This document shows, in pieces, positions 1 through 9,118 of a stretch of 37,872 nt of DNA. Source of the DNA: a virus (lineage: Duplodnaviria; Heunggongvirae; Uroviricota; Caudoviricetes); IMG/VR virus record IMGVR_UViG_2563366845_000004, positions 1-37,872 of that record. One strand, given 5' to 3'. Numbering within the stretch: position 1 is the stretch's first letter; the number at the start of each line of letters is the position of its first letter. The notes below the pieces were generated by a model. The model had not been told where the DNA came from and searched no databases. It saw only the letters and a list, made by a program, of their open reading frames with translations. The position numbers and the translations under genes were made by a program.

Positions 1-1053
1 TTACGGGGTAATGCCAACCGCTGCCGCCACTTTGTCGCCATTTGGTAACGTTGCCAGTGGATTGAAACGGAGCGCCGTTTCCAAATGATCCGGTGCCAGA
101 TGCGCATAACGCATAGTCATTTTTATATCGTGATGTCCGAGAATTTTTTGTAAGGCCAAGATGTTTCCACCCGACATCATGAAGTGCGCCGCAAACGTAT
201 GGCGCAGAACGTGTGTCAGTTGACCGCGAGGGAGAACGATAGACGTTTTTTCCATCACGGATAAAAATTGAAAATAGCAGTCTGTGAAGAAATTGAACCC
301 ATCGAGCGCCATGATCTCTTCATAAAGCTCTTTACTGATAGGGATGCTTCTGTTTTTCTTACCCTTCGTTCTCACAAAGGTGATTCGGTACTTGGTGACC
401 TGTGAGCGAGTAAGATTGATTGCTTCTCGCCAACGTGCACCTGTACTTAGACATATTTTTACCACCAGTGCCAGAATTGGGTTCTGACGTTTGCAGTCAG
501 ACAGTAATTCGATAATCTGCTCATGTGTAAGCCATGCCATTTCCTTTTCTGCGATAGTGAATTTGCGCATCTTCTCTAATGGGTTTGGAAGTGTCCATTC
601 ACCCAGGCGGGAAAGTTCTCTGAAAACGCTGCTTAGATGGCTTTGCTCCAGGTTAACAGTAACTGGGCTTGCTCCTTTCTTCCATTTTTCACTGAAGTAG
701 ATTTCACCAGTAAGGCGTTTATCGCGATAGTGAGCAAACATTTTTGAGGTGAGATCAGTTGCAAGGGGATTTCCCAAGGCGTCAACCATCAACAGCAGCT
801 TGTTGTAGACATGCTGTCCGGCAGTAAGAGATTTGCCATGTAATTTGAACCATAGCTCAACCATATCTTTCAGTGTCCGACGATCCACTGATTCGCCCAG
901 CCAGGGCTTTGCTTCTATTTCCCCCATGGTGTATCGCTCGAAGGCCAGTGCTTCGCCTTTGGTGGCGAATTGTTTACGCACACGGCGTCCGCTACGTCCG
1001 GCGGGGTAACATTCGCAAAGCCATTTCCCTGTGGTTAGTTTTCGTACTGCCAT
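1..1053 (-). CDS. int: Tyrosine recombinase / phage integrase (P2/186 family)
   Basis: 350-aa ORF; C-terminal catalytic region with ...HVLRHTFA...HHDIKMTMRYAHL... typical of the lambda/P2 integrase family; first gene inside attL. Confidence 0.9.
   Translation of the reverse strand: MAVRKLTTGKWLCECYPAGRSGRRVRKQFATKGEALAFERYTMGEIEAKPWLGESVDRRTLKDMVELWFKLHGKSLTAGQHVYNKLLLMVDALGNPLATDLTSKMFAHYRDKRLTGEIYFSEKWKKGASPVTVNLEQSHLSSVFRELSRLGEWTLPNPLEKMRKFTIAEKEMAWLTHEQIIELLSDCKRQNPILALVVKICLSTGARWREAINLTRSQVTKYRITFVRTKGKKNRSIPISKELYEEIMALDGFNFFTDCYFQFLSVMEKTSIVLPRGQLTHVLRHTFAAHFMMSGGNILALQKILGHHDIKMTMRYAHLAPDHLETALRFNPLATLPNGDKVAAAVGITP
19..41. repeat. attL core (CGCTGCCGCCACTTTGTCGCCAT), lying inside the 3' end of int
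   Basis: Matches 35018..35040 at 22 of 23 positions; the two copies bracket the whole prophage. Confidence 0.6.
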
Positions 1054-1057
1054 AAAA

Positions 1058-1077
1058 AGCCCTCATATCAGAGGGCT
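1058..1077 (-). promoter_or_regulatory. Stem-loop directly upstream of the int start codon (possible attenuator or RBS-sequestering hairpin)
   Basis: agccctc-atatca-gagggct inverted repeat (7-bp stem); on the minus strand it is followed by TTTT and then the int ATG, and the likely int Shine-Dalgarno (GAGGG) sits in the 3' arm. Confidence 0.3.
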
Positions 1078-1138
1078 AAATTTAACTGTATATTTAAACA
1101 GTTATCAATGTATGTTTAGGATGAAATAAACATTGGCC

Positions 1139-2128
1139 TTACTCCTGTGCTTTTTCAGCGGTACTTGGCTTTAGTTTTTCTTTGGTTGAATCCCATAAAG
1201 ATTGGATTCCCGGAGGGAGTTCTGTTTTGTCAGAAAATGCAGAGTTACCAGACATATTCCAGTCTTTAAAGACTAACACAGCATCTTCTTTTGTTGACGT
1301 GGAACCATAAATTTGCAGGAATACTTGCCCAAACATTAGTGCATGTCTTCTATCTTTTCTCAAAATTGATTCATGGGTATATTTTTTAGAGTTTCCAAGG
1401 CAAATATATGCTAGCCAAGAAAGAATGGAAATACCAATTAAACCACGTGTGAAAAAATAAAATAGCTCAAAGCCTTTAACATTGTTGAAGTCAATTGTGG
1501 CGTAGAGTGTATAAAATGATGCACATACAGCAAGTAGCCCGAAAATGCAGCCAGTAAAAGCCCATACTTGCGACATTTTAATGAAATATAAGTCATCTGA
1601 ACTTAGTTCACTTTTAACGCTATCGACATATCCTGGTATTTTCTCATCAATCCTTTCTTGTTGTACTCGGCTTTGTAATTCGCTGTTAGATGCTTCAAGT
1701 TGCTTTATTCTAGATACGGCTTGCTCAATAATTGCTTCTTTTTCAGAATTTAGTTTTTCTAAATTTTCATTCCGAAGATGTAACGTAGCTTTGGACTCTT
1801 CAGCCTCCAATAAACGTTTGGTATATGATCGCATTATCTCTCGAAGATGTTTTTGTTCTTTTATTAATTCATCTATCTTGTTGTTTTCATTAATAAAAAT
1901 ATCTCCAACTTTATCGCTGTAGTTCATTTTTTCTTGCTGGGTTAATTTCCAGTAGTATTCTCTGAATTTATCAATTTCACCTTTTTTTAATAAGTCGATT
2001 AAGTAGGCGCGCTCATTTTCATTAAATTTATGCGGATTTTCATTTAAAATATTATAAAGATCTTTCCATTCGCAATTAACTTTTTCAACATAATCGATGT
2101 TTTCATTTTTTTTATTTTCAGAATTCAT
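1139..2128 (-). CDS. Hypothetical coiled-coil / multi-pass membrane protein (lysogeny-operon moron; candidate superinfection exclusion or abortive-infection protein)
   Basis: ORF 1139..2206; probable start ATG at 2128 (MNSENKK...) with AGGAA RBS, 10 nt after the repressor stop codon. K/E-rich heptad-like N-terminal region, then three hydrophobic helices (e.g. VWAFTGCIFGLLAVCASFYTLY, LIGISILSWLAYICLG). Strongly AT-rich compared with neighbours. Confidence 0.6.
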   Translation of the reverse strand: MNSENKKNENIDYVEKVNCEWKDLYNILNENPHKFNENERAYLIDLLKKGEIDKFREYYWKLTQQEKMNYSDKVGDIFINENNKIDELIKEQKHLREIMRSYTKRLLEAEESKATLHLRNENLEKLNSEKEAIIEQAVSRIKQLEASNSELQSRVQQERIDEKIPGYVDSVKSELSSDDLYFIKMSQVWAFTGCIFGLLAVCASFYTLYATIDFNNVKGFELFYFFTRGLIGISILSWLAYICLGNSKKYTHESILRKDRRHALMFGQVFLQIYGSTSTKEDAVLVFKDWNMSGNSAFSDKTELPPGIQSLWDSTKEKLKPSTAEKAQE

Positions 2129-2138
2129 GTATGTTCCT

Positions 2139-3077
2139 TTAAATTTCCTTTGAAAAAACGCAACAACATTTTGCGATGGTTGTAATGTCTTCAAGCTTAC
2201 AAACAAAATCAGTTGTATCTGATGTGATTTTTACTTTTCCAACTGGAATTCTTGTTAATTTTCTTAAACTTACTTTACCTTCAATCTCAATCAACCAACT
2301 ACCATCTGAAACATCATCATATTCTGTATCTGCAATAAAGGTTTTTCCTTCTGCGGTAACTCCAATCGGTTTTTTCAATCCGGAAGGTATAAGCGTCTTG
2401 TCAAATGCTAAGTAGCCTTCATCATGTAATTTACCGTCAATGATTGTTTGGTGTTTAAGTTGGGCTACAGAGCTGGAATTATCGAAAAATTTGGGGCCAT
2501 TGCCGTTTGTGAGCCAGAGTAATGAAGCTCCTGTTTCAAGAGCGCATTGAATGATCCAATCGCTAGGAAACGTGTCTCGTAAGTACCTGTTTGCTACAGT
2601 GCTTTTTGAAACCTGCAAATGGTTTGCTAGGGCTTGTCGGGTGCTAAAGCCGTAGGCTGCGACTAAGCGATCAATTGCCGCCTTCCCTCCTTTATTAGGA
2701 TTTATGCTGGTCTCGATTGGGAACTTTTGGACTGTTGAGTTAGTTCTATCCGGGTCATCAGATTTGGTATGGGCTAAACGTTCATCATTTAATAAAACTG
2801 AGGGTGATTCACAGCTGATTCCTGATGCCAACCAGTCGATAGATGCGCCGGTCTCTATACTGCAAATTATCACCCAGTCAGCAGGAAATGTGTCACGAGC
2901 ATACCTGTTAGCCATCGTGCTTTGTGAGATACCCAGATGATTGCAAAATGCTTGCCGCGAAGTAAAACCATACGCAACAAGTATACGCTCAATTACTTTC
3001 TGTCCCCCACGGTTTTGCATTATTGAAGTTTTTAGACTCTCGCTAACATGGCGAAATGTGTTTTTTTGAGTTGACAT
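2139..3077 (-). CDS. cI: 186 CI-like immunity repressor with tandemly duplicated N-terminal HTH domain
   Basis: 312 aa; two consecutive copies of the CI N-terminal domain (…ERILVAYGFTSRQAFCNHLGISQSTMANRYARDTFPADW…ETGASIDWL… and …DRLVAAYGFSTRQALANHLQVSKSTVANRYLRDTFPSDW…ETGASLLWL…), then a C-terminal region resembling the 186 CI C-terminal domain (SDGSWLIEIEGKVSLRKLT). Divergent from the apl-like gene. Confidence 0.7.
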   Translation of the reverse strand: MSTQKNTFRHVSESLKTSIMQNRGGQKVIERILVAYGFTSRQAFCNHLGISQSTMANRYARDTFPADWVIICSIETGASIDWLASGISCESPSVLLNDERLAHTKSDDPDRTNSTVQKFPIETSINPNKGGKAAIDRLVAAYGFSTRQALANHLQVSKSTVANRYLRDTFPSDWIIQCALETGASLLWLTNGNGPKFFDNSSSVAQLKHQTIIDGKLHDEGYLAFDKTLIPSGLKKPIGVTAEGKTFIADTEYDDVSDGSWLIEIEGKVSLRKLTRIPVGKVKITSDTTDFVCKLEDITTIAKCCCVFSKEI

Positions 3078-3165
3078 AACCGTTATGAGATCCTAATCTC
3101 CGTTTTGTGAAGTTCTGGTCACAATTCAAACCGGCTCACCACAAGCCAATAGGAGATGTTGCATC
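3078..3165. promoter_or_regulatory. Early switch region (pR/pL-type divergent promoters and operators) between repressor and apl-like gene
   Basis: Intergenic region between divergent cI and apl/cox-like genes; contains the short inverted repeat GAGAT-CCTA-ATCTC (3087..3100) and an AGGAG RBS for the rightward gene. Confidence 0.4.
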
Positions 3166-3387
3166 ATGACCCCTAACATTTCAATAACTCTGAATACGCC
3201 ACATGTCACAATTGAGCGTTATAGCGAACTTACTGGTCTTTCAATCGACACAATTAACGATATGCTGGCTGACGGTCGCATCCCTCGGCATCGCCTTCGG
3301 AAAGACAAGAAAAGAGAAAAGGTGATGATCAACCTTGCTGCTCTTACCGTTGATGCACTTACTGATTGCAATGTTGTATTCAACTAG
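3166..3387 (+). CDS. Apl/Cox-like excisionase / early transcriptional regulator (HTH)
   Basis: 73 aa, first rightward gene opposite the repressor; HTH-like segment [22 protein letters not shown]; AGGAG RBS. Confidence 0.6.
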   Translation: MTPNISITLNTPHVTIERYSELTGLSIDTINDMLADGRIPRHRLRKDKKREKVMINLAALTVDALTDCNVVFN

Positions 3388-3419
3388 TTCCATTTTGGGA
3401 TACATCAGGGGTGTCGACC

Positions 3420-3929
3420 ATGTTTGATTACCAAGTTTCCAAACATCCACATTTTGATGAAGCCTGTCGTGCATTCGCACTGCGCCACAACCTGGTGCAA
3501 CTGGCAGAACGTGCAGGCATGAATGTGCAGATTCTGCGGAACAAGCTGAACCCAGCTCAACCTCATTTATTAACCGCACCAGATATCTGGCTACTTACCG
3601 ATCTGACTGAAGATTCAACGCTGGTAGACGGTTTTCTGGCACAGATTCATTGTCTGCCATGTGTACCGATTAATGAGGTGGCAAAAGAGAAACTGCCACA
3701 TTACGTCATGAGTGCAACCGCAGAGATCGGGCGTGTTGCTGCAGGTGCGGTATCTGGCGATGTAAAAACCAGTGCAGGTCGTCGTGATGCTATCAGCAGC
3801 ATTAACTCTGTAACACGACTGATGGCGTTGGCTGCTGTTTCATTGCAGGCCCGTTTACAGGCTAACCCTGCGATGGCGAGTGCAGTTGATACCGTGACTG
3901 GCCTCGGTGCTTCATTCGGTTTGCTGTGA
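3420..3929 (+). CDS. cII: Phage regulatory protein CII (186 CII-like)
   Basis: ORF 3366..3929; start at [10 protein letters not shown] gives 169 aa, which I recall as the 186 CII length; positioned directly after apl as in 186. Confidence 0.65.
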   Translation: MFDYQVSKHPHFDEACRAFALRHNLVQLAERAGMNVQILRNKLNPAQPHLLTAPDIWLLTDLTEDSTLVDGFLAQIHCLPCVPINEVAKEKLPHYVMSATAEIGRVAAGAVSGDVKTSAGRRDAISSINSVTRLMALAAVSLQARLQANPAMASAVDTVTGLGASFGLL

Positions 3930-3936
3930 GGTACTT

Positions 3937-4233
3937 ATGCTGACGAAAGAACCATCATTTGCATCGCTGCTGGTAAAGCAAAGCCCGGCAATGCACTACG
4001 GTCACGGCTGGATCATGGGTGAGGATGGAAAACGCTGGCATCCATGTCATTCACAAGATGAATTGCTGTCTGAATTGACCACGAGGAAACGGAGAAAGTC
4101 AAAATGTATGCAGCGGAAGGTGAAGTGGTTTATCAGTTTCGTTACAGAGGGGAGAGTTATTCAGTACCTGAAGATGATTTGCTCTGTTGTTATCCGTCGT
4201 TGTCGGGCGATGGCAGTTACTTTTTCACGCTAA
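3937..4233 (+). CDS. Hypothetical early protein (reading frame uncertain in its 3' part)
   Basis: ORF 3907..4233 with plausible start at MLTKEP; the last ~40 codons overlap the next gene in another frame and look low-complexity. Confidence 0.3.
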   Translation: MLTKEPSFASLLVKQSPAMHYGHGWIMGEDGKRWHPCHSQDELLSELTTRKRRKSKCMQRKVKWFISFVTEGRVIQYLKMICSVVIRRCRAMAVTFSR

Positions 4234-4328
4234 AAGATGGGACGTTTTTACGGGGAGAGCAGGTTAAAGAGACGATACGAAAAAATGTATCTCCTCTTGA
4301 ACGTTACCGTAATAACAAACAACGATAG
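4104..4328 (+). CDS. Hypothetical early protein
   Basis: 74 aa, GGAG RBS 9 nt upstream of ATG; overlaps the previous ORF by about 130 nt. Confidence 0.5.
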   Translation: MYAAEGEVVYQFRYRGESYSVPEDDLLCCYPSLSGDGSYFFTLKDGTFLRGEQVKETIRKNVSPLERYRNNKQR

Positions 4329-4350
4329 TTGCGTTTTGGGGATATGAATT

Positions 4351-4692
4351 ATGGCAATTAATGGCGCTGCGGCGACTGTTCCATTAAGCCCCGGTGAACG
4401 CCTGAATGGACTTAATCACATTGCGGAGCTAAGGGCGAAAGTTTTTGGCCTGAATATTGAGTCAGAGCTTGAGCGGTTTATTAAAGATATGCGTGATCCA
4501 CGGGATATCAATAACGAACAAAATAAACGGGCACTGGCTGCTATATTCTTTATGGCAAAAATTCCAGCTGAACGTCATAGCATCAGCATTAATGAGCTGA
4601 CCACTGACGAAAAGCGGGAGTTGATTAAAGCAATGAATCATTTTCGTGCAGTGGTGAGCTTATTTCCCAGACGGCTAACCATGCCGAATTAA
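4351..4692 (+). CDS. Hypothetical early protein
   Basis: 113 aa, GGGGA RBS, same orientation within the early operon. Confidence 0.55.
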   Translation: MAINGAAATVPLSPGERLNGLNHIAELRAKVFGLNIESELERFIKDMRDPRDINNEQNKRALAAIFFMAKIPAERHSISINELTTDEKRELIKAMNHFRAVVSLFPRRLTMPN

Positions 4693-4759
4693 CCAACTAA
4701 TGAAATTAATGGCGTAAACCCGCCGGGTATCCCTTTATCTAAATTCAGGAGAATTGATT

Positions 4760-4993
4760 ATGCGTAATATTGAAACCCTCACGACTAAAACCGGACCGGA
4801 TGATGCAGGGCTTAATATTTTACTGACAGAGGCTCGTCTGGAAGAACGCCGGGCAAGGGCTGAAGCAATGGCAGCTCGCCTTGATAGCCTGGCGTGTCAT
4901 ATCACATCCCGCCAGCTAAACCACGTCGAAGCAGCAGAACTACTGCGTGTAACTGCTGAAGCAATCCAGAACGAAGCGCAGGAGATCCACTAA
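4760..4993 (+). CDS. Hypothetical early protein
   Basis: ORF 4754..4993; ATG at 4760 preceded by AGGAGA; its stop overlaps the next start (TAATG). Confidence 0.5.
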   Translation: MRNIETLTTKTGPDDAGLNILLTEARLEERRARAEAMAARLDSLACHITSRQLNHVEAAELLRVTAEAIQNEAQEIH

Positions 4994-5220
4994 TGGCTGA
5001 TGCAATGGATCTCGTACAGCAGCGCGTTGAAGAAGAACTCCAGCGCCATATCCGTGCTGCCCGTGCCAAAACGCCGGGCGTGTCCCGCGTGCTTTGCATT
5101 GAGTGTGAAGCGCCAATTCCGCCAGCACGCCGCCGCGCCATTCCAGGTGTGCAGCTTTGCATTACCTGTCAGGAAATCGCAGAGCTGAAAGGCAAACATT
5201 ACAACGGAGGTGCTGTATGA
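4993..5220 (+). CDS. TraR/DksA-family C4 zinc-finger protein
   Basis: 75 aa with CIECEAPIPPARRRAIPGVQLCITCQ (CxxC-N17-CxxC), typical of phage TraR/DksA-like proteins; ATGA overlap with the downstream gene. Confidence 0.7.
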   Translation: MADAMDLVQQRVEEELQRHIRAARAKTPGVSRVLCIECEAPIPPARRRAIPGVQLCITCQEIAELKGKHYNGGAV

Positions 5221-6074
5221 GCACCATCCTGAAATGGGCGGGAAATAAAACCGCAATTATGTCCGAACTGAAAAAACACCTTCCTGCTGGCCCGCGACTG
5301 GTTGAACCTTTCGCGGGTTCCTGTGCTGTGATGATGGCGACGGATTATCCAAGCTATCTGGTTGCGGATATTAATCCTGATTTAATCAACCTCTATAAAA
5401 AGGTTGCCGCTGATTGTGAATCGTTTATATCTCGCGCCAGAGTTTTATTTAAGGAAGCAAACAGGGAGGTGGCTTATTACAACATAAGGCAGGAGTTTAA
5501 TTACTCAACTGAAATTACTGATTTCATGAAAGCGGTATATTTCCTGTATCTCAATCGTCACGGTTACCGTGGTTTATGTCGCTATAACAAGAGCGGGCAT
5601 TTCAACATTCCCTACGGTAATTATAAAAATCCGTATTTCCCTGAAAAAGAAATTCGCGCATTTGCAGAAAAAGCCCAGCGGGCAACGTTTATCTGCGCCA
5701 GCTTTGATGAAACGCTGGCGATGTTGAAGGCGGGGGATGTGGTGTATTGCGATCCGCCGTATGACGGCACGTTTTCCGGTTATCACACTGACGGCTTCAC
5801 TGAAGATGACCATTATCACCTGGCATCCGTTCTTGAACATCGGTCATCAGAAGGACATCCGGTCATTGTTTCTAACAGTGACACATCCCTGATCCGTTCG
5901 CTGTATCGCAATTTTACTCACCACTACATCAAGGCAAAACGCAGCATCGGCGTAGCAGCTGGTGAGAGTAAATCTGCAACAGAAATCATCGCTGTTTCTG
6001 GGGCGCGCTGCTGGGTGGGATTTGATCCTTCGCGTGGCGTGGATAGTTCTGCCGTGTACGGAGTGCGTGCATGA
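5217..6074 (+). CDS. dam: DNA adenine methyltransferase (Dam-type N6-adenine MTase, orphan)
   Basis: N-terminal ILKWAGNK...PFAGSCAV (AdoMet-binding) and catalytic DPPY motif ([10 protein letters not shown]); start is an internal ATG of ORF 5157..6074. Confidence 0.85.
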   Translation: MSTILKWAGNKTAIMSELKKHLPAGPRLVEPFAGSCAVMMATDYPSYLVADINPDLINLYKKVAADCESFISRARVLFKEANREVAYYNIRQEFNYSTEITDFMKAVYFLYLNRHGYRGLCRYNKSGHFNIPYGNYKNPYFPEKEIRAFAEKAQRATFICASFDETLAMLKAGDVVYCDPPYDGTFSGYHTDGFTEDDHYHLASVLEHRSSEGHPVIVSNSDTSLIRSLYRNFTHHYIKAKRSIGVAAGESKSATEIIAVSGARCWVGFDPSRGVDSSAVYGVRA

Positions 6075-8485
6075 GCCATGCTGATATGAACAACTGCAGC
6101 GGCTTTAACGAGGCCGCCGCAGCATTCTCATGGAACAGCCCGAAAAAGTCTATTAACCCTTATCTGGACCCGGCGGAAGTTGCGCCGGTTTCTGCGCTTT
6201 CAAACCTGATCACTCTGTACGCTGTCGATAACGAGCAGGAACAACTGCGTCGCGAGGCACTGAGTGATCAGGTCTGGGAGCGTTATTTCTTTAATGAATC
6301 CCGTGATCCTGTCCACCGCGAAATGGAGCAGGATAAGCTCATTAGCCGGGCAAAGCTGGCGCATGAGCAGCAGCGTTTTAATCCAGATATGGTCATTCTG
6401 GCGGACGTCAATGCCCAGCCTTCCCATATCAGCAAGCCGCTGATGCAACGTATTGAATACTTCAGCAGCCTGGGCAGGCCAAAGGCTTATTCCCGCTATT
6501 TGCGTGAGACGATTAAGCCATGTCTGGAACGACTGGAGCATGTACGCGACTGTCAGCTATCCACTTCTTTTCGCTTTATGGCAAGCCATGAAGGGCTGGA
6601 CGGCCTGCTGATCCTGCCTGAAATGAGTCAGGATCAGGTGAAGCGCCTGTCTACCCTTGTCGCCGCGCATATGAGCATGTGCCTTGATGCAGCTTGTGGT
6701 GATTTGTATGCCACCGATGACGTTAAGCCAGAAGAAATCCGCAAGACATGGGAAAAGGTGGCAGCGGAAACCCTGCGTCTGGATGTTATCCCGCCTGCGT
6801 TTGAGCAACTCCGTCGGAAAAGAAACCGCCGTAAACCCGTGCCTTATGAACTCATTCCGGGTTCGCTGGCGCGTATGTTATGCGCCGACTGGTGGTATCG
6901 GAAATTATGGAAGATGCGTTGCGAATGGCGGGAAGAGCAGTTGCGTGCTGTTTGCCTGGTCAGCAAAAAAGCATCTCCCTATGTCAGCTATGAAGCCGTG
7001 ATGCATAAACGTGAGCAGCGCCGTAAGTCGCTGGAGTTTTTCCGTTCTCATGAACTGGTGAACGAAGACGGCGACACGCTGGATATGGAAGACGTGGTAA
7101 ACGCCAGCAGCAGCAACCCTGCGCATCGCCGCAATGAGATGATGGCCTGTGTTAAAGGTCTGGAGCTTATCGCGGAAATGCGCGGTGACTGCGCCGTTTT
7201 CTACACCATCACCTGTCCGTCACGTTTCCATTCCACGCTAAATAACGGCAGGCCCAACCCGACCTGGACAAATGCGACGGTAAGACAAAGCAGTGATTAT
7301 CTGGTCGGTATGTTTGCTGCATTTCGTAAGGCGATGCACAAAGCCGGATTGCGCTGGTATGGCGTGCGGGTGGCTGAGCCGCATCATGACGGTACAGTTC
7401 ACTGGCACCTGTTGTGTTTTATGCGCAAAAAAGATCGCCGCGCCATTACTGCTTTGTTGCGTAAGTTTGCCATTCGTGAAGACCGCGAGGAGCTGGGTAA
7501 TAACACGGGACCACGCTTTAAGTCTGAGCTGATAAACCCGCGCAAAGGTACGCCAACAAGCTACATCGCGAAATACATCAGTAAGAACATTGACGGGCGT
7601 GGTCTGGCTGGCGAGATCAGCAAGGAAACGGGTAAATCCCTGCGTGATAACGCTGAATACGTTAATGCCTGGGCGTCTCTGCATCGTGTTCAGCAATTCC
7701 GCTTCTTTGGCATTCCGGGGCGTCAGGCTTACCGTGAACTGCGATTGCTGGCTGGTCAGGCGGCAAGGCAACAGGGGGACAAAAAAGCAGGTGCGCCGGT
7801 ACTGGATAACCCGCGTCTTGATGCCATCCTGGCTGCTGCTGATGCTGGTTGTTTTGCCACCTACATCATGAAGCAGGGCGGCGTACTGGTTCCCCGCAAA
7901 TATCACCTCATCAGAACCGCTTATGAAATCAACGAAGAGCCGACCGCCTATGGCGATCACGGCATTCGTATTTATGGCATCTGGTCACCCATTGCAGAGG
8001 GCAAGATCTGCACTCATGCGGTGAAGTGGAAAATGGTTCGTAAGGCCGTTGACATTCAGGAGGCGGCAGCCGACCAGGGCGCTTGCGCCCCTTGGACTCG
8101 TGGCAATAACTGTCCCCTTGCTGAAAATTTGTACCAACAAGGGAAAGACAAATCAGCTGATGGAGATACCAGAACGGATATCACCCGTATGGATGACAAG
8201 GAGTTGCACGATTACCTGCACAGTATGAGCAAAAAAGAGCGCCGGGAACTGGCAGCAAGGTTACGCCTGGTGAAACCGAAACGGCGTAAAGACTACAAAC
8301 AGCGAATTACAGATCATCAGCGACAGCAGCTCGTGTATGAACTGAAGTCCAGGGGATTTGATGGCAGCGAGAAAGAGGTCGATTTACTCCTTCGCGGCGG
8401 CAGTATTCCATCAGGAGCAGGCCTGCGTATCTTCTATCGGAACCAGCGTTTGCAGGAAGATGATAAGTGGCGGGATCTGTATTAA
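6071..8485 (+). CDS. Replication initiation endonuclease (P2 gpA-like rolling-circle initiator)
   Basis: 804 aa; HUH-type motif (VHWHLLCF) and downstream tyrosine-containing region (YIAKYISKN); size and position as P2 gene A. Confidence 0.85.
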   Translation: MSHADMNNCSGFNEAAAAFSWNSPKKSINPYLDPAEVAPVSALSNLITLYAVDNEQEQLRREALSDQVWERYFFNESRDPVHREMEQDKLISRAKLAHEQQRFNPDMVILADVNAQPSHISKPLMQRIEYFSSLGRPKAYSRYLRETIKPCLERLEHVRDCQLSTSFRFMASHEGLDGLLILPEMSQDQVKRLSTLVAAHMSMCLDAACGDLYATDDVKPEEIRKTWEKVAAETLRLDVIPPAFEQLRRKRNRRKPVPYELIPGSLARMLCADWWYRKLWKMRCEWREEQLRAVCLVSKKASPYVSYEAVMHKREQRRKSLEFFRSHELVNEDGDTLDMEDVVNASSSNPAHRRNEMMACVKGLELIAEMRGDCAVFYTITCPSRFHSTLNNGRPNPTWTNATVRQSSDYLVGMFAAFRKAMHKAGLRWYGVRVAEPHHDGTVHWHLLCFMRKKDRRAITALLRKFAIREDREELGNNTGPRFKSELINPRKGTPTSYIAKYISKNIDGRGLAGEISKETGKSLRDNAEYVNAWASLHRVQQFRFFGIPGRQAYRELRLLAGQAARQQGDKKAGAPVLDNPRLDAILAAADAGCFATYIMKQGGVLVPRKYHLIRTAYEINEEPTAYGDHGIRIYGIWSPIAEGKICTHAVKWKMVRKAVDIQEAAADQGACAPWTRGNNCPLAENLYQQGKDKSADGDTRTDITRMDDKELHDYLHSMSKKERRELAARLRLVKPKRRKDYKQRITDHQRQQLVYELKSRGFDGSEKEVDLLLRGGSIPSGAGLRIFYRNQRLQEDDKWRDLY

Positions 8486-8577
8486 TTACGCGGGTTAACA
8501 ATTCGTGCTCTTAATAATACCAGGCATATCAGGCTGATGAACGTAAAAAAACGTTTTACATCAGTAAGATTATTATA

Positions 8578-8597
8578 TACTGTAAATATAAACAGTG
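8578..8597. promoter_or_regulatory. LexA (SOS) box TACTGTAAATATAAACAGTG upstream of the Tum/DinI-like genes
   Basis: CTGT-N8-ACAG with an AT-rich spacer matches the E. coli LexA consensus; a candidate -35 TTTACA lies at 8555..8560 and an extra ACAGTAT half-site at 8607..8613. Confidence 0.7.
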
Positions 8598-8638
8598 GTT
8601 ATGTGTACAGTATTGCTTGTGGTGTCATAGGAGGAAAA

Positions 8639-8827
8639 ATGCAGGACTATTTTTTGGAGTCTTTGAAGCTCCAGCGCATTGATTTTTTTCTTAAGCTTGT
8701 AGCGGCTAGTGAGTGTAGTGATGAAGAGAAGGGGCTGGCTCTGCAGTGGGTTTCTGAATTGACTGATGAACTCATGGCAAAAATCAGAAGCCACGAATAC
8801 AACCGCTCAATGGATGTCATCAGCTGA
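8639..8827 (+). CDS. Small SOS-regulated protein (possible Tum-like antirepressor N-terminal part)
   Basis: 62 aa, strong AGGAGG RBS, immediately downstream of the LexA box and followed 10 nt later by a DinI-like ORF. Confidence 0.5.
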   Translation: MQDYFLESLKLQRIDFFLKLVAASECSDEEKGLALQWVSELTDELMAKIRSHEYNRSMDVIS

Positions 8828-8837
8828 GGTGACTTTT

Positions 8838-9071
8838 ATGCGCATTGAAATAATGATCGATAAAGAGCAGAAAATTAGCCAGTCTACCCTGGACGCCCTT
8901 GAATCCGAGCTTTACCGCAGTCTGCGCCCCCTGTATCCCAAAACGGTAATTCGTATCCGCAAAGGTAGCTCTAACGGTGTGGAACTGACCGGACTGCAAC
9001 TGGACGAAGAAAGAAAACAAGTGATGAAAATTATGCAGAAGGTGTGGGAAGACGACAGCTGGCTGCATTAA
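8838..9071 (+). CDS. DinI-family protein (DinI/Tum C-terminal-like)
   Basis: 77 aa beginning MRIEIMIDKE... and ending ...QKVWEDDSWLH, matching the DinI fold signature; GAGGTGA RBS. Confidence 0.75.
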   Translation: MRIEIMIDKEQKISQSTLDALESELYRSLRPLYPKTVIRIRKGSSNGVELTGLQLDEERKQVMKIMQKVWEDDSWLH

Positions 9072-9079
9072 GAAATGTT

Positions 9080-9118
9080 GCCCCCAGGAGGATTCATTCT
9101 GATGGGGGCTGGTTTTGG
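9080..9118 (+). terminator. Putative terminator after the DinI-like gene
   Basis: GCCCCCA...TGGGGGC 7-bp GC stem with a 16-nt loop, followed by TGGTTTTGG. Confidence 0.35.

Noticed and set aside
7238-7960. 240-aa minus-strand ORF inside replication gene A
   Set aside because: Antisense to gpA with no recognisable motifs; gene A is continuous and complete on the plus strand.
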